DNA from: Acidimicrobiia bacterium
GTDB taxonomy: Bacteria > Actinomycetota > Acidimicrobiia > Spongiisociales > ZC4RG35
NCBI GenBank assembly: GCA_965203555.1
Contig: CBDBCY010000004.1
Location: forward strand, 704,001 to 768,000
Length of the DNA: 64,000 bases
Direction: 5' to 3'
Position numbers and translations under genes: made by a program. The notes below the pieces were generated by a model that had not been told where the DNA came from, did no database searches, and saw nothing but the letters and a program-made list of their open reading frames with translations. This document shows, piece by piece, positions 8,623 through 18,256 of the stretch (the first letter of the stretch is position 1; the number at the start of each line of letters is the position of its first letter).

Positions 8623-10230
8623 TCAGTTGATTTTTTTGCTCTTTCCCTCCCACAGGTCCTGTCTCAGCACATACTTTTGAACCTTTCCCGTGGAAGTCTT
8701 GGGTAGCGCCCCCATGATTTCCACCACGTCGGGCGCCTTGAAATGAGCAAGACAGTCCCGAACGTGGGCGATGATCTCCCCCGGTTCGGCTGTCTGTCCC
8801 TCTTTCAGAACCACGTACGCCTTGGGGCGCTCTCCCCAGTATTCGTGCGGCATTGCCACCACCGCTCCCTCCAGCACCGCCGGATGGCTGACCACCGCCT
8901 GCTCCACCTCGATGGTGGAGATGTTCTCGCCTCCGGAGATGATGATGTCCTTCGCCCGATCCCGCAGTTCTATGTAGCCGTCGGGATGCCATACGGCCAG
9001 GTCGCCGGAGTGAAACCACCCTCCCCGGAAGGCCTCCTCGGTGGCGGCGGGATTGTCGTAATAGCCGGACATTACGATGTTGCCCCGCATCACCACCTCG
9101 CCCATGGTCTCGCCATCGCGGGGAATATCGTTCATCCGGGCGTCCACCACCCGGATCGGGTCGGCGCCCACCATCGCTACTCCCTGGCGGGCCATTAGGC
9201 GAGCCCGTTCCTCGGCCGACCTGGAAGCCCAGTCCCCCTGGATTTCGCATACCGTGTAGGGACCGTAAGTCTCGGTCAGCCCGTAGACATGCACGACCTT
9301 GGCACCAAGATCTTCCATCTGCCCGATGATGGTCGGACTGGGCGGGGCGCCCGCAGTGGTGACAGTCAGGGGAGCATCCAGGCGCCGGGCGGAGGGATGG
9401 TTGGCCATACCCACCAGCACAGTGGGCGCCCCGTTGAGATGGCTGATCCCTTCGCTCTGTATAAGACTCCAGATCCGATCAGGCCGCACCGCCCGCAGGC
9501 ACACGTGGCGGCCTCCCACGGCGGTCACCCCCCAAGTGGTACACCATCCGTTGCAGTGGAACATCGGAAGGGTCCAAAGGTAAACCGAATCGCGATCGAA
9601 TCCGGAATGCACCACTTCGCACATGGCGTTCAGATAGGCCCCTCGGTGGGTGTACATGACACCCTTGGGGCGGCCGGTGGTGCCCGAGGTGTAGTTGATG
9701 GAGATGGTACGGAACTCGTCGTCGATCCGCCATGGCAGGGGATCGATGCTTCCGCGTTCCAGGAAGTCCTCGTAGGAGGTGGAGTCGACCTGGGAAGGGA
9801 TGCCCATCTCGTCGATGGTGATCACTTCCCCCAGATCCGGGCAGTCGTCCAGGTGCGGAGCAGCGGCAGGGAGTAGCTCGGTGTCCACCACCAGCACCTT
9901 GGCGCCGGAGTGGGACAGGATGTAGGCGATCTCCGGACCCGACAAACGAGTGTTGATCGCTACCAGCACCGCCTTGGCCAACGGCACCCCGAAGTGGGCG
10001 ATGAGCATCTGCGGGATGTTGGGACACAGATAGGCCACGCGGTCTCCCGGGCCGATTCCCGAGGCTTCCAGCGCCCTGGCCAACCGGGTGGCGTGATCGG
10101 CCATTTCCTGATAGGTGATACGCTGCGATCCGTGCACGATGGCGGTCTTGTCGCCGAACACCTGGGCTGAACGTTCCAGATAGAGAAGAGGAGTAAGGAG
10201 GGTCTCGTCTACCCGACGGGGGTTGGTCAA
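8623..10230 (-). CDS. acyl-CoA synthetase (AMP-binding)
   Basis: NYTSGTTGRPKG, YGLTE, GWFHSGD, DRAKDIIISGGENIS, LPKTSTGK. Confidence 0.93.
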   Translation of the reverse strand: MTNPRRVDETLLTPLLYLERSAQVFGDKTAIVHGSQRITYQEMADHATRLARALEASGIGPGDRVAYLCPNIPQMLIAHFGVPLAKAVLVAINTRLSGPEIAYILSHSGAKVLVVDTELLPAAAPHLDDCPDLGEVITIDEMGIPSQVDSTSYEDFLERGSIDPLPWRIDDEFRTISINYTSGTTGRPKGVMYTHRGAYLNAMCEVVHSGFDRDSVYLWTLPMFHCNGWCTTWGVTAVGGRHVCLRAVRPDRIWSLIQSEGISHLNGAPTVLVGMANHPSARRLDAPLTVTTAGAPPSPTIIGQMEDLGAKVVHVYGLTETYGPYTVCEIQGDWASRSAEERARLMARQGVAMVGADPIRVVDARMNDIPRDGETMGEVVMRGNIVMSGYYDNPAATEEAFRGGWFHSGDLAVWHPDGYIELRDRAKDIIISGGENISTIEVEQAVVSHPAVLEGAVVAMPHEYWGERPKAYVVLKEGQTAEPGEIIAHVRDCLAHFKAPDVVEIMGALPKTSTGKVQKYVLRQDLWEGKSKKIN

Positions 10231-10991
10231 CTGCCGCTCCAGACCGGAGTCCGCTTCTCTACGAACGCCCCCATCCCCTCTTGGGCGTCATTCATCGCCG
10301 CGTTCGCCACCATCACTCGCTTGGTGTACCCGTAGGCGTCCTCTTCGGCCATCTCCACCTGCTGATAGAAGGCGGCCTTGCCGAGCCCCACCACCGCCGG
10401 GCTGGACTTGGTGATGTGGGCCAGCAGGACATCCAATGTGTCATCCAGCTCGGCCGGGCTCACCACCCGGTTCACCAGACCCCACTCCCGGGCCGTCAAC
10501 GCATCGATCGGCTGGCCGGTGAGCAGCATCTCCAAGGCCCTCTTGCGTCCCACCGCCCGGCTCAACGGGACCATGGGAGTGGAGCAGAACAGCCCGATCT
10601 TGACTCCCGGAGTGGCAAAGGTGGCCGTATCCACCGCCACCGCCAGGTCGCAGGAGGCAACCAGCTGGCATCCAGCCGCATAAGCCGGTCCGTGCACTCG
10701 CGCAACCACCGGCTGGGGTATGTGGTGGACGGTGAGCATCATCTCGGTGCAGATGTCGAATAACTCCTCCACGAAGCCGGGAGCCGGGTCGATCATCTCT
10801 TTCAGGTCATGCCCGGCCGAGAAGACCGGTCCCTCTCCGGCGATCACCACCGCCTGGCAGTCGGAGTCAAGACTGTTCAGCGCTTCGATCACCTGCTTCA
10901 TGGTTTCCATGCCCAGCGGATTTCGGCGACGAGGATCGTTGAGAATGATCCTGGTAACAGGGGTTTCGTCTTTTACTAACACATAGCTCAT
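10227..10991 (-). CDS. enoyl-CoA hydratase/isomerase family (ECHDC3-like)
   Basis: FSAGHDLKE, AAGCQLVASCD, GLFCSTP, AFVEKR.P.W. Confidence 0.92.
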   Translation of the reverse strand: MSYVLVKDETPVTRIILNDPRRRNPLGMETMKQVIEALNSLDSDCQAVVIAGEGPVFSAGHDLKEMIDPAPGFVEELFDICTEMMLTVHHIPQPVVARVHGPAYAAGCQLVASCDLAVAVDTATFATPGVKIGLFCSTPMVPLSRAVGRKRALEMLLTGQPIDALTAREWGLVNRVVSPAELDDTLDVLLAHITKSSPAVVGLGKAAFYQQVEMAEEDAYGYTKRVMVANAAMNDAQEGMGAFVEKRTPVWSGS

Positions 10992-11073
10992 CTTCATCAG
11001 AATAGACGACATCCCAATGTGTCACCGCTCTCCCGGCGTTCATGCTCCGTGCCCCTGAGGTACGACTCCTGCC

Positions 11074-11097
11074 TGCGCCTTCAACCCGACAGGCGCA
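11074..11097 (-). terminator. possible terminator hairpin after the AAA/DUF4143 gene
   Basis: TGCGCCT-N10-AGGCGCA inverted repeat immediately after the stop at 11101; no U tract. Confidence 0.35.
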
Positions 11098-11100
11098 TCT

Positions 11101-12819
11101 TTATGCTGTCGAGAGGGTCCTGACCTGCGCCGAGAGGGACGCATAGATCTTGGCAACGGCCCTGTCGAGTTCGGGCGGCTTCGATTCCACCTCCCTGTAC
11201 AGAACCTTACGGTCCAGTTCGGGAATACGCTCTCCGCCTACCATCACACGGCGCGAAAAACCCTCACCGTCGAATTCCCAGGTGGCCACAATCAATAGAT
11301 CGAACGGGTCGTTGGCGGTTTTACCTTCGTAGCGGTTGAGCTCGTATCGAAAACGCAACTCGAACCGCCACCTCCCCGCCAGATCAAAGCCTTGCTCCAT
11401 CAGGGACTCCCTCATGACAGCCCAGTCCCCGGTCTGAACCCATCCCTGGAAAGAATCATGTGACGCGCGCCATACGTAGGAGAACGTGTCTCGTACGCCG
11501 CGGAAAAGGGGACTCAAAAGGGGCCCGCACGACGATACGATTTCCTTCACCAGCGGCCAGATGTGCCTGTAGTAGGCAGCGTCCAGGTTTCTGACAACTG
11601 ATCGGTCCGACTCGGTTTTCCTTTCCTTGGCCAAGGTGGCCAACTCCTGCTCTGCCTCGAATCGCTCCAGCATGCCTGCGAAGTCGGAGAGAGGCACGAC
11701 CTTGCACTCACTGCGGGACTGAGAGGCGAAACCCCCATAGACCAGGACCTTCCGGGTTACTCCGGGAACCAGGTCTCCCACCCTGTTGAGGGATCGAAAA
11801 AAATCGGATGAGACAGTGGCGCCCGACTTGATCTCGCTGGCCCAGATGCCGCGACCTGTCTCGTAGAAGAGGTCGCATTCCAGACCTCGGGCATCTCGAA
11901 AGAAAGAGAGATTGGATCGACGCCCTCGGTTGAATCGATGCTTGAGCGCTTCCACCACGACCGCGTTCTCGAACAGGGCTCCCCGCAACGGATGGGTGGA
12001 CATTTGCTCCACGAGCCTTATGCCGATCAGGTAACTGGCAAGCCCGACATCGTAGAAGTACAGCTTGGGCGACTTGATCAACCGCTTGCCGATGTTCACG
12101 TAGTATGGCTCCAACTGGAAGAGGATGTAGCTTCTTTCAAGTATCGAAAGCCATCCCCGCACGGTTGCGCGAGATACGCCGACATCAGAACTCAGCGAAC
12201 TGAGGTTGACAAGCTGGCCTACCCGTCCGGCGCAGATACGCACGAAACGCCGGAACGTGGACAGATCGCGAACCCCTCCGATGCGACGCACCTCGCGCTC
12301 GACGTAGTTTTCGAAGTAGTCCCCGAGCGCCTGCCTGGGATCGAGACCTTGATCGAAGATTCTCGGGTAAAACCCCGAATAGAGAATATCGTCGACTTTC
12401 TCGCCGGCTCCAGTCATTCGCCGTTCTGCCAAGGAGAACGGAAGAAGACGGAGAAGGGCCGTCCTGCCGGCCAGCGATTGACTGACCGTGTCGGAGAACC
12501 TGAACTGTTCACTTCCCGTCAACACGTAAAGTCCGTTACGGCCTTTCTCATCGGCAAGCACCTGCAAATAGGACAGAAGATCCGGAACATGTTGGACCTC
12601 ATCCAGAATTGCTCCTTCCCCCAGATGCGCGAGAAAGCCTCGAGGATCGGATTCAGCGAAGTCCCGCTGATCGGGGGCTTCGAGATTGGCGTATCCGAGG
12701 CCGGGAAAAGTTGAACGGCAAAGGGTGGTCTTTCCCGATTGGCGAGGGCCTGTGACAGTGACAAAAGGATACTGCCGGAATAGCCGGAGCAAGCAGGGGA
12801 CCATCTCACGCTCAATCAT
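11101..12819 (-). CDS. AAA+ ATPase (AAA_14) - DUF4143 PD-(D/E)xK protein with an extra C-terminal domain
   Basis: GPRQSGKTT Walker A, ILDEVQ Walker B, LTGS, LAGR, KSPKLYFYDVGL, GALFEN, ECDL...SEIKS; about 180 extra residues after the usual end. Confidence 0.9.
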   Translation of the reverse strand: MIEREMVPCLLRLFRQYPFVTVTGPRQSGKTTLCRSTFPGLGYANLEAPDQRDFAESDPRGFLAHLGEGAILDEVQHVPDLLSYLQVLADEKGRNGLYVLTGSEQFRFSDTVSQSLAGRTALLRLLPFSLAERRMTGAGEKVDDILYSGFYPRIFDQGLDPRQALGDYFENYVEREVRRIGGVRDLSTFRRFVRICAGRVGQLVNLSSLSSDVGVSRATVRGWLSILERSYILFQLEPYYVNIGKRLIKSPKLYFYDVGLASYLIGIRLVEQMSTHPLRGALFENAVVVEALKHRFNRGRRSNLSFFRDARGLECDLFYETGRGIWASEIKSGATVSSDFFRSLNRVGDLVPGVTRKVLVYGGFASQSRSECKVVPLSDFAGMLERFEAEQELATLAKERKTESDRSVVRNLDAAYYRHIWPLVKEIVSSCGPLLSPLFRGVRDTFSYVWRASHDSFQGWVQTGDWAVMRESLMEQGFDLAGRWRFELRFRYELNRYEGKTANDPFDLLIVATWEFDGEGFSRRVMVGGERIPELDRKVLYREVESKPPELDRAVAKIYASLSAQVRTLSTA

Positions 12820-12842
12820 TTACTGTCCATTTATACGCAACC

Positions 12843-12877
12843 ATATGCAAAATGGAAAGTACTAACTGCATATTGCA
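12843..12877. promoter_or_regulatory. AT-rich inverted-repeat operator-like site upstream of the AAA/DUF4143 gene
   Basis: ATATGCA-N17-TGCATAT (12843-12873) plus overlapping TGCA-TAT-TGCA (12867-12877), just upstream of a TATAAA(T) -10-like box on the minus strand. Confidence 0.5.
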
Positions 12878-13006
12878 CAGAAATACTAGATGGATTGGCC
12901 GTAAAAACGGCTAGGAGTCTGACGGACCGGATCGGATTCGTCTGCCCAGCACGCAGGGGACTTCCCGGTGAGACCCCATGCCCAGTAATCAGACCCGGGC
13001 TGGAGT

Positions 13007-14605
13007 CTACGATCCTGAGCCGGCCGTCCTCAACAGTTCACGGGCTGCGTCCCGCCCGGAGACGTTGTCCGGGTCGCCGGACATCATCCGGGTCAGCTCG
13101 GCCACTCGGTCCTCTCCGCCGACCAGCCGTAACGACGCCGAGGGCCCCTCCCGCTCGATGACCCAGTGCTGGCCCGCAAACGCCGCCACCGAGGCCAGGT
13201 GAGTGACGCACAGCACCTGCGCTTCCCGGGAAACCGCCGCCAGCTTCCGCCCCAACGCCAGGGCAACCGCACCGCCCAGACCGGCATCCACCTCGTCGAA
13301 GACCATCGTCGACGCCGAGCCACTGCCGGTTGCCAATCGAAGCGCAAGCACCAGTCTGCTCAGTTCGCCACCCGAGGCGACCCGAGCCACTTCGCCCGGC
13401 GAGAGCCGCTCATCCGAAGAGAACAGCAGACGGATCCGATCGCACCCGTGGGCGGCCGGCGGTGATTCCGAGACCTCAAAGCGCAGCACGGGATTGCCGA
13501 AACCCAGTTCTCGAAGATGTTGCAGTGCAATCTTGGCCAGTTGCCTACCTGCCCTTCGTCGGGCTTCCGACAGGGCCTTTCCCCATCGCAGAACCTGCCG
13601 GTCGGCCTCTGTCAGAGCCGACTCCAGCTCGTCGGCTGTCTCCAACAGTTCCCGGATCTCTTCTCTACGAGTCCTCGCCCGTGCGCCGAACTCCAACACC
13701 TCTGCCAGGGTGGACCCGTATTTGCGGCGCAGATTGCCCAGCAGCGCCAGGCGCTGTTCCAATTCCTCCAGCGTCCCGAAGTCCGAGTCAAGGTCCTCCC
13801 CCGCACCGTCCAACTGGTAGGCGGTTTCTTCCATGAGTTGTTCCACGGAGTCAACCACCGACATGAGTTCATGAAGTTCCGGGTCGAGTCTCAGCGCCGC
13901 GTTCAATTCACCTGAAGTACCCGACAGGGCCTCCCGGGCCGCTGCCAGTCCTTCCCCCGCTTTGCTGAGGTGACCTCGCAGGGCCTCCCGGTTGCGAAGC
14001 CGTCGGGCTTCGATAATGAGCCGTTGATCTTCATCCGGAGAGAACCCCGCCCTCTCTATCTCCCTGGCTTGGAAGGAGACCATATCCAGTTCCCGCTCCA
14101 AAGCGGCCCTGCCTCCTCCCAGCGCCGAACGAATGCCTTCCAACCTGCGCTTCTCTTCCCAGCTTCTTCGATATGACTCATATGTCTCCGTGACACCGTC
14201 ATCCAAAGTCGCGTCCAGCATTTGCCGCACCTGGGCAGAGCGACGCAGGCGCAGATGGTCCTGCTGGCCGATAATTTCCACCACGTCGCCGATCTTCTCG
14301 GACAGGAATGCGGCAGAAACCACCATCCCGTCCAGATATCCCCGGCTTCTCCCCTTCTTGGGGATCTTGCGAGTGGCGCCCACCTCCTCACCGTTCACCA
14401 CCCACCGGCCTCCCACCACCGCCTCATCCCCAAACGGTCCCACCGCCCGGGAGTCGGCAGGTTCTCCCATCAGCAACCGCAAAGCGCCAAGCAACAAGGT
14501 CTTGCCGGTTCCGGTCTCCCCGGTTATCACTACCAGCCCGTTCTGCGGCCGGAACTCCGCTTCCTCTATCACACCCAGGTTCTTGACGATCAGTTCGTCG
14601 AGCAT
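13007..14605 (-). CDS. recN: DNA repair protein RecN
   Basis: ITGETGTGKT, long coiled coil, ASGGELSR, FDEVDAG, VTHL. Confidence 0.96.
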   Translation of the reverse strand: MLDELIVKNLGVIEEAEFRPQNGLVVITGETGTGKTLLLGALRLLMGEPADSRAVGPFGDEAVVGGRWVVNGEEVGATRKIPKKGRSRGYLDGMVVSAAFLSEKIGDVVEIIGQQDHLRLRRSAQVRQMLDATLDDGVTETYESYRRSWEEKRRLEGIRSALGGGRAALERELDMVSFQAREIERAGFSPDEDQRLIIEARRLRNREALRGHLSKAGEGLAAAREALSGTSGELNAALRLDPELHELMSVVDSVEQLMEETAYQLDGAGEDLDSDFGTLEELEQRLALLGNLRRKYGSTLAEVLEFGARARTRREEIRELLETADELESALTEADRQVLRWGKALSEARRRAGRQLAKIALQHLRELGFGNPVLRFEVSESPPAAHGCDRIRLLFSSDERLSPGEVARVASGGELSRLVLALRLATGSGSASTMVFDEVDAGLGGAVALALGRKLAAVSREAQVLCVTHLASVAAFAGQHWVIEREGPSASLRLVGGEDRVAELTRMMSGDPDNVSGRDAARELLRTAGSGS

Positions 14606-14609
14606 CGAC

Positions 14610-15407
14610 TCACAATCCAAACCGCTCGATCACGATGGTGGAAAAAACGATCTGCTCGAACGCCACAAACATCACCGGACGTGGTCCCCGACGCACGACC
14701 ACCTCTTCACCCATACCCAAAGAGGCGGTGTTGCGACCGTCCACCGAGACCTGAACACCCCGGTCGCGGGCCACCCGAAAACGGATCACCGACTCCGGGG
14801 AGAGCACCAGCGCCCGAGAGAAGAGCGAATGGGGCGCCACCGGAGTCATCACCAACGCCTCCACGCGGTTGTCAAGCAGGGGTCCTCCCGCCGAGAAACT
14901 GTAGGCGGTGGAGCCGGTGGGAGTGGAGATCACCACTCCATCCGCCCGATAGGAGAGCATCGGTTCGGAGTCGACTTCCACCTGTAGTTCGATCAGACGC
15001 TGGCTGTCTATCTTCTCCACCACCACATCGTTCACCCCCACATCGGTGAGGCCGTCCAGTTCTGCCATCACTGTCATCCGGGGAACCAATCGATAGTGAC
15101 CTTTCTCCAGAAGGTCGAGCGTCTCGGTGAGATGGCAAGGATCGGCAGCCGCCAGGAAACCAAGCGTCCCCAGATTGAATCCCAGCACCGGCTGGTTGGC
15201 CGCCAACGCCAAACTCACGGCCCTCAGCATGGTCCCGTCCCCGCCGGTGGCGATCACCATCTCGAGCGGCAGATCGGGAGAAAGATCAACTCCGTCCTTC
15301 CCGTCCACCCACACTGTCCACCCCCGGTTTCCGGCCTCGGTCACCAATCGGTCCGTGAATTCCAATGCTTCAGATCGTACCCGGTTGGGCACCACTCCCA
15401 CTCTCAT
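14610..15407 (-). CDS. nadK: NAD kinase
   Basis: GGDGTML, NLGTLGFL, ND, STPTGSTAYSFSAGGP; ATGA overlap with the tlyA stop. Confidence 0.95.
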   Translation of the reverse strand: MRVGVVPNRVRSEALEFTDRLVTEAGNRGWTVWVDGKDGVDLSPDLPLEMVIATGGDGTMLRAVSLALAANQPVLGFNLGTLGFLAAADPCHLTETLDLLEKGHYRLVPRMTVMAELDGLTDVGVNDVVVEKIDSQRLIELQVEVDSEPMLSYRADGVVISTPTGSTAYSFSAGGPLLDNRVEALVMTPVAPHSLFSRALVLSPESVIRFRVARDRGVQVSVDGRNTASLGMGEEVVVRRGPRPVMFVAFEQIVFSTIVIERFGL

Positions 15408-16168
15408 TGCTCCTCCCATCCTTCCTTTTGCTCTGCTCCCTTCACGGACCATATGAAGAACTCCCGGTTTCCAGACTTGGCGCCCACCAAGGGGGAGACG
15501 ACCACCCGCCGGGAACCGAGGCCCGTCTCCTTCAAACAGGAACCCACCTTGCGGATAACCTGTGAATGAACCATCGGATCTTTAACCACTCCTCTTTTTC
15601 CGACCAAACGCCGACCCGCCTCGAATTGGGGTTTCACGAGCGTCAAACAGTCTGCTCCCTCCTTGGCCAATTCGCTCAGACGGCCAGCCACCGCACACAA
15701 CGAGATAAAGGATAGGTCGGCCACCAATATATCGAACAGTCCCAGATCGGATGATTTCACATACCTCAAGTTGGTCCGGTCCCGCACCTCCACCCGGGGA
15801 TCTCGAGCGAGCCGGGGATGAAGTTGTCCGTATCCCACGTCCAGGGCAGTCACCCACCCCGCCCCCCGCTGCAACAGTACGTCGGTAAAGCCGCCGGTCG
15901 AAGCCCCGGCATCAAGGCACCGCTTCCCGTCAGGACTCACTCCCAGTACCTCCAAGGCATGGTCGAGTTTCTCGCCGCCCCGGGAGACGAAGCGAGGACC
16001 GGCGGAACCAAGCATGATCGCCGTGGCAGTCCCCACCAGGGTGGCGGGCCGGGGCGCCAGGACCCCCTCCACCCGCACCTCACCGGCAGTGATCAAACGC
16101 TGTGCTTCGGTGCGACTTCGGGCCTGTCCTCTCTCCACCAGTTCCTGGTCCAGCCGTCGCCGCTTCAG
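15404..16168 (-). CDS. tlyA: TlyA family rRNA (cytidine-2'-O)-methyltransferase, probable CTG start
   Basis: FVSRGGEKL, DAGASTGGFTD, DVGYGQL, DLSFISL, LVKPQFE, GNREF. The S4 motif RRRLDQELVERG lies upstream of the ORF-track GTG. Confidence 0.93.
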   Translation of the reverse strand: MKRRRLDQELVERGQARSRTEAQRLITAGEVRVEGVLAPRPATLVGTATAIMLGSAGPRFVSRGGEKLDHALEVLGVSPDGKRCLDAGASTGGFTDVLLQRGAGWVTALDVGYGQLHPRLARDPRVEVRDRTNLRYVKSSDLGLFDILVADLSFISLCAVAGRLSELAKEGADCLTLVKPQFEAGRRLVGKRGVVKDPMVHSQVIRKVGSCLKETGLGSRRVVVSPLVGAKSGNREFFIWSVKGAEQKEGWEEQ

Positions 16169-16362
16169 CTTTTCTTCCCTTCCTTTCCCTCCAGCAGATC
16201 CTCCAGCAAGTCAGCCAGTTGTTCGGCGGGCGTCAGGGAGTCGGCGCCGGTGGCATCTTCCAGTTCGCCCAGTAGCCGGCGCGCTTCTTCCAAGCGGGGA
16301 TCGGGCCGGTCGACCGCCGCCCTGTCGGCGCTGTTACCCACTGGTGGCGGATTGTCTTTCAC
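16165..16362 (-). CDS. small hypothetical protein upstream of tlyA
   Basis: 65-aa acidic helical ORF; CATAAT box 7 nt before GTG; stop overlaps the tlyA start. Confidence 0.6.
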   Translation of the reverse strand: MKDNPPPVGNSADRAAVDRPDPRLEEARRLLGELEDATGADSLTPAEQLADLLEDLLEGKEGKKS

Positions 16363-16413
16363 CTCCCTGATTATGGCAACGCCTGCCCGGTCATCACCAC
16401 CTGATAATCCCCT

Positions 16414-17250
16414 TCACCCATCCGGCGCCCACCACAGAGTGGCGAACGATCGTGGGCCCTCCTCCACATAGAGACGGTTGCCTCGTGGCACTACGAATTC
16501 TTCCAGCAGCGGACGGAGTTCTTCCCTTCTGGCCCGCGGCGTCACCACTCTCTTTCCGTAGTAATCCAGTATCTCCCGCCAACTCAGGAACCACAGGTCC
16601 GGCGCCCGTTCCCATCGCACCACCCCCACCTCGGCGCCCAATTCGGTCACGACCACTTCCACCAGATCCTCCACGGAAGGACCGTCGGGCCGATCCAAGT
16701 CGTGGATGGCCCGATAGAGATAGTTCATCTTCGTCCAGGGGTGGACATCGGTCATCTCCACCACCACCCCGCGGCGGCAACGCCCGTCCAAACCTCTGAT
16801 GAACGGCGCTATGTCGGCGACGTCGTACACCACATGGCTGGACAGCACCACATCGGCCACAGGAGTGCGAGTCGCAACTGCAGGCCAGGCCCCCACCACC
16901 ACTTCCACCTCCAGTCCCTCGGCGCTTACCTCCTCTTGCAGACCGGCCGCCATTCCGGGATTCTTCTCCACCGCCGTCACCTGGTGTCCGGCTCGGGCGT
17001 AGGGAAGGCAACTGCGGCCCGTGCCCGCCCCCACATCGATCAGCGTCCCGTCGGCACCCAGCATTCTCGAGACCAACGACGTGGTCGGGGTGGTCTCCTG
17101 CCGGGAGCGACTCTCCTGGGTCCTTCTCCTCCACAACTCCGCCGGCCATCCATAGGGGGACTCCTCCGCCTGCTCCATGAGCCGTTCGGGAATGGCCCAG
17201 GACTCCAACTCCGCCTTCCATCGGGCAGCAGGGGCGTCGGAGTAAGCCAT
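16414..17250 (-). CDS. class I SAM-dependent methyltransferase
   Basis: LIDVGAGTG motif I, AVE, DVVLSSHVVYDV. Confidence 0.85.
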   Translation of the reverse strand: MAYSDAPAARWKAELESWAIPERLMEQAEESPYGWPAELWRRRTQESRSRQETTPTTSLVSRMLGADGTLIDVGAGTGRSCLPYARAGHQVTAVEKNPGMAAGLQEEVSAEGLEVEVVVGAWPAVATRTPVADVVLSSHVVYDVADIAPFIRGLDGRCRRGVVVEMTDVHPWTKMNYLYRAIHDLDRPDGPSVEDLVEVVVTELGAEVGVVRWERAPDLWFLSWREILDYYGKRVVTPRARREELRPLLEEFVVPRGNRLYVEEGPRSFATLWWAPDG

Positions 17251-17258
17251 GCGCCGCT

Positions 17259-18116
17259 CTAGGCAGGACGCTCCCCGCATCCCGCGAACAGATCAACCTC
17301 CCGGTGTGGAGATTCCACCCTGCTGAAGACCCGCAGGAAGGTCTCCTTTCCCACTATCTCGGGCAGCATTTCCTCGGATACCGACAGCCACGACCAGTCG
17401 GTCGGCACCTGGCTGCGGTGGGCCTGCAGGGCCTTGATCTTGGTGGTGATCCGGTCGCGGACATCCACCGTGGCAGTGACATCCTCGTCGGGGGTGCCTG
17501 CGTAGCGGGCCCGCTCCAGATCCTCTTCGGTGATATCTCCCCGCTCGAACTGGATCTTGGCGTAGTTGACGATCCTGCTCCTCGGCCAGACCGACCAGTA
17601 GAGCTTCACCGGCTCCCACAACCGCTCGCCGTCCTCCAGCGGGAAACGCCCCAGATCGGAGGCGCCGAAAAAGGCGGCGGTTCCCACCCGGTGGACATTG
17701 ATGTGGTCAGGGTGACCGTATCCGCCGAAGGGATCGTATACCGTCATCACCTCCGGCCGGTATTTGCGGATCAACCGCACCATCCGGCCCACGGCGTCCA
17801 TGAAATCAGCTTGCCAGAAGCAATCGGGATGGGAGTTCGCCTCGGTTCCCATCATCCCCGAGTCGCGGTAACCCAACCAGGCGTGATTGTCCACTCCCAG
17901 GATGGAAAGAGCGTTGGCCAGTTCTTCCGCTCTAACCTCCACTAGCCGGGCCGAAATCTCTTCAGGGTTCAGGTAATTGTGCACCTCCCCCTCGGCGCCG
18001 TCGGTGGCGGTAACCACCACCACCTGCTCACCCGCCTCCGCATACATGCTCAGCACACCACCGGTGGAGAGCACTTCGTCATCAGGATGGGCATGGAAAG
18101 CCAAAAGTCCGGGCAC
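17259..18116 (-). CDS. PIG-L family deacetylase (MshB/Mca-like)
   Basis: HAHPDDE, YRDSGMMG, GGYGHPDH, AHRSQ. Confidence 0.88.
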   Translation of the reverse strand: MPGLLAFHAHPDDEVLSTGGVLSMYAEAGEQVVVVTATDGAEGEVHNYLNPEEISARLVEVRAEELANALSILGVDNHAWLGYRDSGMMGTEANSHPDCFWQADFMDAVGRMVRLIRKYRPEVMTVYDPFGGYGHPDHINVHRVGTAAFFGASDLGRFPLEDGERLWEPVKLYWSVWPRSRIVNYAKIQFERGDITEEDLERARYAGTPDEDVTATVDVRDRITTKIKALQAHRSQVPTDWSWLSVSEEMLPEIVGKETFLRVFSRVESPHREVDLFAGCGERPA

Positions 18117-18256
18117 GCCTGCCCACAATAGCACCGCTGCGACTCTTGAAAGTCTATGGGCCGATCATGCAGTCGAGGGAACTTCGGTCCCACTCTCGAG
18201 TCGGATCGGAAGCATTCCTTCATCAAGCCTGTAAAATATCCACCATAGCTGACACG

